DNA of 64,000 nt from Promethearchaeota archaeon. Lineage in GTDB: Archaea; Asgardarchaeota; Lokiarchaeia; Sigyniarchaeales; SOKP01. The position numbers and the translations under genes were made by a program. Shown piece after piece: positions 58,875 to 64,000 of the stretch; within the stretch, counting starts at the first letter, position 1; each line of letters starts with the position of its first letter. The notes beneath the pieces were generated by a model. That model did not search any database. It saw only the letters and a program-made list of their open reading frames with translations, and was not told where the DNA came from. The stretch covers positions 32,674 to 96,673 of the forward strand of contig JAHLWP010000011.1 in the NCBI GenBank assembly GCA_019057865.1, in the 5' to 3' direction.

Positions 58875-60212
58875 TTAGAGTGCAGTAGTGATTAATGCCT
58901 TGGTGCCATGTTTTTGAGCTTCTTGAAGTAATTTAATTGCTTCTTCATATGATAAAGGAGTTATATCAAATGCATTCATGCCAGCTAATTTAAGTTCAGC
59001 AGTAACAGTTTCAGCTAGATTATTGCAGTCACCTGAAAAAAATACATTTCTCCTACCAAATTCTTTTCTAAGTTCTTTTCCAACTTCTTCAATCGCACAA
59101 TAACCTGCTACTAATCCTTTCGTATATCCTTCTGATTTCAATTGTTGGATTAGATCATCATCATGTCCTTTTCCCATTATTATAAACCATCCCCCTTTAA
59201 ACTTTTCTGGATTATCAAAAGCAAAGCTTTGCAATACTGTTAAAGGGTTATTCTGACATCCTTCTCTACATAATAAATCTTTTCCTTTCACAATTTTAAC
59301 ATTTTCAGGAAATTTTTGAAGCAAATCCCACTCGTAGATTTCTTTATATTCTTCCAAATCCTTTCCAACAACTTTAATTTTGCTTAAATCACCTTCTCCT
59401 AGCCCTCGTTCATGCGCTAATTTTAAATGTGGAATCTCATCAATATTTAATCCAAATATCCTTGCCCCTACGACATCGACCGCTAAAGTATCTCTACCGC
59501 CAATTAATATATTAAACGGGACGACATGTGTATCTTCCCATGCTGTAGGTGGATAATGACCATAAATAGTTCCTTCAGTTCCATCTATGAGAGTTAGATC
59601 TGGTTGAATAAATTCATACATATCAACGAGTTTTGAATGAAGATTGTAATTGTGATCTTTTCCACGGTCAGCATGTTGAGGAAAACCCCATTGATTTTTA
59701 ATACCTAGTGTCACAACCGCCATACTGTGAGTTTTTAATTTTGGTAAATTTATATATGTCATGGAATCTCTATTTTCCATAATTTTAACTATTGTCATTG
59801 GTAATCTGAAAGTCATCAAATTATATCCTTTGGGATCATCTTTTACCGAAGGTTTACCTTTAAATTCATATGTTTTTGTGTCCTCTTCATCCAAGTAAAT
59901 AATTTTTGCTCCCGTTTTTTCGCACACTTCTTTATATCCAGTGATAGCAAAAACAATCCTAGTGAAATTTGCCTGTGTGCAGTTTTCCATTACATAAACA
60001 TCTGCTCCTATTTCTTTTAAATACAGAATAACGGCTTCTAAAACTTCTGGAGAGGTATAAGTGTGTTTCTGAAAATGAATACCATTCACTTTAATATAAA
60101 CTTCTTTTGAACTTTTGAGAATAGATTGGCCACTTTTCTGAATGCGTGAGAAAATTTGATTTACGGCTGATTTAATCCCTTGATCTGTATCTTCAATATA
60201 AACTTCTGTCAT
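58875..60212 (-). CDS. DUF362 family Fe-S protein
   Basis: IKVN, INLPKLKTH...TLGIKNQWG, AVDVVGARIFG, CREGC, GDC. Confidence 0.85.
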   Translation of the reverse strand: MTEVYIEDTDQGIKSAVNQIFSRIQKSGQSILKSSKEVYIKVNGIHFQKHTYTSPEVLEAVILYLKEIGADVYVMENCTQANFTRIVFAITGYKEVCEKTGAKIIYLDEEDTKTYEFKGKPSVKDDPKGYNLMTFRLPMTIVKIMENRDSMTYINLPKLKTHSMAVVTLGIKNQWGFPQHADRGKDHNYNLHSKLVDMYEFIQPDLTLIDGTEGTIYGHYPPTAWEDTHVVPFNILIGGRDTLAVDVVGARIFGLNIDEIPHLKLAHERGLGEGDLSKIKVVGKDLEEYKEIYEWDLLQKFPENVKIVKGKDLLCREGCQNNPLTVLQSFAFDNPEKFKGGWFIIMGKGHDDDLIQQLKSEGYTKGLVAGYCAIEEVGKELRKEFGRRNVFFSGDCNNLAETVTAELKLAGMNAFDITPLSYEEAIKLLQEAQKHGTKALITTAL

Positions 60213-60478
60213 AATTTTTCACATTCATTAATAATAATTTCTTAGAGTTAATACTTAATATTAGTTTTTTTGATTTCCTTGATAATATAATAGCGGTAGT
60301 AGATCTCGATTAAATAAAAGGAATTTACCATCCGTACGACATAGGTTAATTCAGGTTCTCTATGGACTTAAGAATTAAATTGGGATGTTAGAAGTAGCTT
60401 TTTATGTTTATTTCAGGAAAGTATATTTATTTTAGGAATTATTGTCTGAATTATCCATTTGAAAAATGATTAGAATTA

Positions 60479-60982
60479 TTAAAAGTTTGTATCACTCGTA
60501 GGGGGGTCTGAATCTCCTCTATATTTTTCATGTAATTGTATAAAGATATCATTGAAGCTATTTTTTCTCTGTAGCCAATGATCTTTATCCTCGTTTTTAT
60601 TCCTTACTAATAGGAGCCTCCATTGTGCTAACCTATAATTACCCTTTCTATCTAAAAGTAATTTTCCCTTTCTATCTAAAAGTAATTTTCCCTTTTCTCG
60701 TTTTTTCACCTTTATTATTACCTTACCGGGCTTTTTAGGAAGTATCTCATAAAGATCGTGCCATCTTATCCACATATTAGTTCCTATTCTCCATTTCCAT
60801 GACCCTGGAGTCCATCTAATTCTCCATGCGAAACCTCTATCGGTGGCTAATAACACACCATTATCGTCGTTACGTTTACATTTTGAAGTAAGGATTAGAT
60901 CCCCTACATCGTACATGCTCTTAATTTTTTCAAAAAACGTTTTTCTATCAGGTGACATTTCCCATCCTGGCAATATGGGCAT
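60479..60982 (-). CDS. Hypothetical basic, Trp-rich protein (possible PH-like fold)
   Basis: GVLLATDRGFAW...IRWHDL; GAGGTG SD upstream. Confidence 0.7.
   Translation of the reverse strand: MPILPGWEMSPDRKTFFEKIKSMYDVGDLILTSKCKRNDDNGVLLATDRGFAWRIRWTPGSWKWRIGTNMWIRWHDLYEILPKKPGKVIIKVKKREKGKLLLDRKGKLLLDRKGNYRLAQWRLLLVRNKNEDKDHWLQRKNSFNDIFIQLHEKYRGDSDPPTSDTNF
60642..60695. repeat. Perfect 24-bp in-frame tandem duplication
   Basis: CCCTTTCTATCTAAAAGTAATTTT x2, encoding KGKLLLDR x2. Confidence 0.95.
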
Positions 60983-61170
60983 AAAAACACCTCTTTTTTG
61001 ACTAAATTGTCTATTACATAGATATTTGATAAATTAATATATAAAGATATGTGTAGTTTGAGAAATTAAAGAGACTTAAAGATTAAGTAATATTACTAAT
61101 ATGGTTTTGGCATTTTTTTATTATGAATGGTATTATCTTTAAGAGTCATACATGGACATATGTTAGATCA

Positions 61171-61214
61171 CAATAAAGTTTAAATAGGCGTTTTCATTAT
61201 TTGATCATATGATC
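61171..61214 (+). promoter_or_regulatory. Candidate BRE/TATA promoter with palindromic operator
   Basis: TTTAAATA at 61179-61186, perfect palindrome GATCATATGATC at 61203-61214, AGGTGA SD before the PadR gene. Confidence 0.5.
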
Positions 61215-61251
61215 TATTTGGACAACAATCTCAATTAAAGGTGAAAAAGAA

Positions 61252-61974
61252 ATGTTTAAAAGAGATAGAGATCAGTTTAGGTTTGAGAATGGACCACATA
61301 GATTTATGGGACAAGGTCCCCCTGAACATCGTGGTCCTCCACACCTCCCACCACATGGTGGTCCGCCACATTTTGGATTAATGCCACCATTTTTCAAATC
61401 TCCATTACCATTTGGTAGAGAATTATTTCAAGAGATAAGGGATTATTTAGTTTTATTAATAATTTCTGAATATTCTGACGGTATAACTGGTTATCAATTA
61501 CAAGAAAAATATAAGTTTCCAAGAGGAACACTTATTAGAACTTTACAAGATTTAGAAGTAAGAAAATATTTAGAAACAAAAGAGGAAATAATAGATGGAA
61601 GGGCAAATAAATTTTATATGATAACCGAATTAGGAAATAGCTTTTTGGAAGAATTGAAACTAAAATGGGCAACTGTATTTGGAATGATGGGTGAAATAAA
61701 TCCCCCTATGGGATTAAAAATGATGGTTTTTGAAAAAATAAAAGAATTTGAATCTAAGGATGATGCGATTGATTTTTTCAGAGGTATAAGATCCTGGATG
61801 AAAAGTATGCTACAACGTATAGAATCGAGAATTGAGAAATTAAAAAAAAGTAAAGTCGATTTAGATGATTTAATTGAAGAAATCGAAAAAATGGACTCTT
61901 TAAACAAAGATAAGATTAAAGAATTAGTAAATAAATCAATTAAAAAAATGGAAGAGTATGAAAAAAATGAATAA
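61252..61974 (+). CDS. PadR-family transcriptional regulator with Pro/Gly/His-rich N-terminus
   Basis: GITGYQL...RGTLIRTLQDLE...KFYMITELG; C-terminal coiled coil. Confidence 0.85.
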   Translation: MFKRDRDQFRFENGPHRFMGQGPPEHRGPPHLPPHGGPPHFGLMPPFFKSPLPFGRELFQEIRDYLVLLIISEYSDGITGYQLQEKYKFPRGTLIRTLQDLEVRKYLETKEEIIDGRANKFYMITELGNSFLEELKLKWATVFGMMGEINPPMGLKMMVFEKIKEFESKDDAIDFFRGIRSWMKSMLQRIESRIEKLKKSKVDLDDLIEEIEKMDSLNKDKIKELVNKSIKKMEEYEKNE

Positions 61975-62989
61975 AAAAAATCAAGAAATTTTGATACAAC
62001 TTAAAAATCTGACCAAAAAATTTGGAGATTTTTATGCCGTGAAAGGTGTTAATTTAGAAATAAAGCATGGTGAAATCGTAGGTTTTCTGGGACCAAACGG
62101 AGCCGGCAAAACTACTACCATGAAAATGATGGCATATTTACTAAATCCTAATGAAGGTGAAATATGGATACGAGCTAACGGTGAGCTTAAGAAATTGACA
62201 AGAAGTAATAGAGATTATCTATTAGATAATATTGGCTTCCTTATAGAAATTCCTGCTTTTTATGGAAAAGTGACTCCTAAAGAAATTCTAAAATACTTCG
62301 CAAAATTGAAAGGTTTTCCACGTAATAAGCTTGATAATAGGATTGATAATGTTCTTAATATGTTAGGAATGTTAGAATGGAAAGACAAAAAAATTGGCAC
62401 TTTTTCTAAAGGAATGCGCCAAAAAATTGGTATTGCTTCAGCAATTATTCACGATCCCGATATAATTGTCTTAGATGAACCTCAAACAGGCTTAGATCCC
62501 GGCGCGAGGAAACAAGTCCGTGATTTCATTTTAAAGTTGAAGAAAATGGGAAAAACAGTGTTTCTTAGCAGTCACTTACTTTACGAAATCAGCGAAGTGG
62601 CAGATAGAATTGCTATAATCAATCATGGACAATTAATTGCATTTGATACATTAGATAATTTAGAAGGGAAAGCAAAAAAAAGTGTTATCCATTTTGAGTT
62701 ATTGAATCCCCCAGATGGCAATGTTGATGATTTTATAACACAATTAAAAGCTTTTATTACTCCACTAACAGGAATAGCAGAAGAAGAAAGCTGGATAAAA
62801 TATGATGTTGATAACAAAATTTTCCAAATATTTTTTAACGGAAATCCTAACAATCAATCAGATATTCTAAGAAGTCTTCTTGATAATAAATATAAAATTA
62901 TAGAGTATTCGGTGCCTAAAGCAGGTTTACTTGAGAATTTATTTATTGAACTAACTGGAGTAAATGAAATAGGAGGTGTTTATAAATAA
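61958..62989 (+). CDS. ABC-2 type transporter ATP-binding protein
   Basis: GPNGAGKT, FSKGMRQK, LDEPQTGLDP, SSH. Confidence 0.95.
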   Translation: MKKMNKKNQEILIQLKNLTKKFGDFYAVKGVNLEIKHGEIVGFLGPNGAGKTTTMKMMAYLLNPNEGEIWIRANGELKKLTRSNRDYLLDNIGFLIEIPAFYGKVTPKEILKYFAKLKGFPRNKLDNRIDNVLNMLGMLEWKDKKIGTFSKGMRQKIGIASAIIHDPDIIVLDEPQTGLDPGARKQVRDFILKLKKMGKTVFLSSHLLYEISEVADRIAIINHGQLIAFDTLDNLEGKAKKSVIHFELLNPPDGNVDDFITQLKAFITPLTGIAEEESWIKYDVDNKIFQIFFNGNPNNQSDILRSLLDNKYKIIEYSVPKAGLLENLFIELTGVNEIGGVYK

Positions 62990-63879
62990 TGACCTTAGAA
63001 AGTGAAGAAATCAAAACAGGTATAAGTCCAATAGAAAAACAGAGAGCAGGATTAAAGAGAAATTTCACTCAAATTAGTGATACAATTACTTTTGAATTTA
63101 AGAAAAATTTGAAGAATTTTATCCTAGTACTTCTAATATTTTTAAGTGTTTTTATTCTTTTCTTAACTATTCAAGAGCTGCAAGCTCTACAAGGTAAAGA
63201 ATTGCCAGCTGACCCTGTTAATTATCTTCAGGATTATTTAACAATGTTCGGATTTATGGTCATAATAAGTACTGCCTTATTTGGGGGTTCGATTATTGCC
63301 GAGGATTTTCAAAAGCAAACAGGAAATTTATTATTCCCTAAAATAAGTAAAACACGTTTATTAATTGGTAGAGTCATTTCACGATACACTTTAAATGCAA
63401 TATGCATTTTCTTTTATTACGTGCTAATTGGAGTAACCGCGTTTATAAAATATGGAGAGATTCCCATAGTTTTATGGGGATCAATGGGTTGGGCTCTATT
63501 ATACACTTTCACACTATTAACATTTGTAACTTTTATGAGTAGCATAATGAAAAGTTCAACTGCAACCATCATCGTCAGTATACTTTTTCTGTTGATAGTG
63601 TTCCATATGATCAGTATGATTTTAACATTTACAGGCTTAGATTTTGAACCCCTTTTCATACTTACTTATTATGAGGGAATCATATCATGGAGTTTGGCGA
63701 TGCCTAATCCTAGATACATTTATATGGATATGCAACCTCCACAGGCAGAAGAACCTATATTTTATAAAAACTGGCTCACCCCAACGGGAACTGCTGCATT
63801 TATTGGAATGTTGATTTACATAACTATATTTCTAACCTTAGCATACTTTCTTTATAAGCGAAGACAAAGTAAAAATTAA
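62989..63879 (+). CDS. ABC-2 type transporter permease
   Basis: Six TMs, SIIAEDFQKQTG...PKISKTRLLIGR; coupled to the ATPase. Confidence 0.9.
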   Translation: MTLESEEIKTGISPIEKQRAGLKRNFTQISDTITFEFKKNLKNFILVLLIFLSVFILFLTIQELQALQGKELPADPVNYLQDYLTMFGFMVIISTALFGGSIIAEDFQKQTGNLLFPKISKTRLLIGRVISRYTLNAICIFFYYVLIGVTAFIKYGEIPIVLWGSMGWALLYTFTLLTFVTFMSSIMKSSTATIIVSILFLLIVFHMISMILTFTGLDFEPLFILTYYEGIISWSLAMPNPRYIYMDMQPPQAEEPIFYKNWLTPTGTAAFIGMLIYITIFLTLAYFLYKRRQSKN

Positions 63880-64000
63880 TAAATAACCAATTTTTTTTAA
63901 TTGTTTTTACTACCAAAATATCTTTATGAAATAAAATGAAAAATTATTTTTCTAATTAATAATTTAATTTGATAGGAAAATGACGGATAATATAATTGAA

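Noticed and set aside
3586-63659. Numerous short ORFs in the track overlapping longer genes (e.g. 3586-3918, 4023-4391, 7865-8230, 9192-9476, 19719-20072, 25193-25537, 28662-29012, 61614-61907)
   Set aside because: They are antisense or out-of-frame shadows of well-supported genes and have no motifs of their own.

Overview
AT-rich archaeal chromosomal DNA, almost certainly from an Asgard archaeon of the Lokiarchaeia. The evidence is a near-canonical Loki profilin, four Rab-like small GTPases, longin/uDENN-like and V4R proteins, archaeal TBP, CDC48, deoxyhypusine synthase, PSTK (selenocysteine pathway), tetraether lipid synthase and a reductive-dehalogenase-like protein. I found no rRNA, tRNA, CRISPR array, integrase or transposase. 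The housekeeping backbone is interrupted by accessory blocks. (i) A TPR-nitrilase gene is bracketed by a duplicated 3' end of the HDAC gene. (ii) A secreted rhodanese protein ends in a 10-Cys halocin-C8-like peptide and is followed by small membrane proteins. (iii) A ~9.3 kb block carries a six-fold HTH-repeat putative nuclease, a GT4 glycosyltransferase coupled to a divergent RtcB-fold enzyme, and a di-myo-inositol-phosphate-type operon. Also notable are an unannotated ~120-nt structured RNA candidate upstream of tes, a protein of ten 35-aa repeats with nebulin-like period, and V4R genes twice paired with Rab-like GTPases. All family calls come from motif reading and recall, not database searches.
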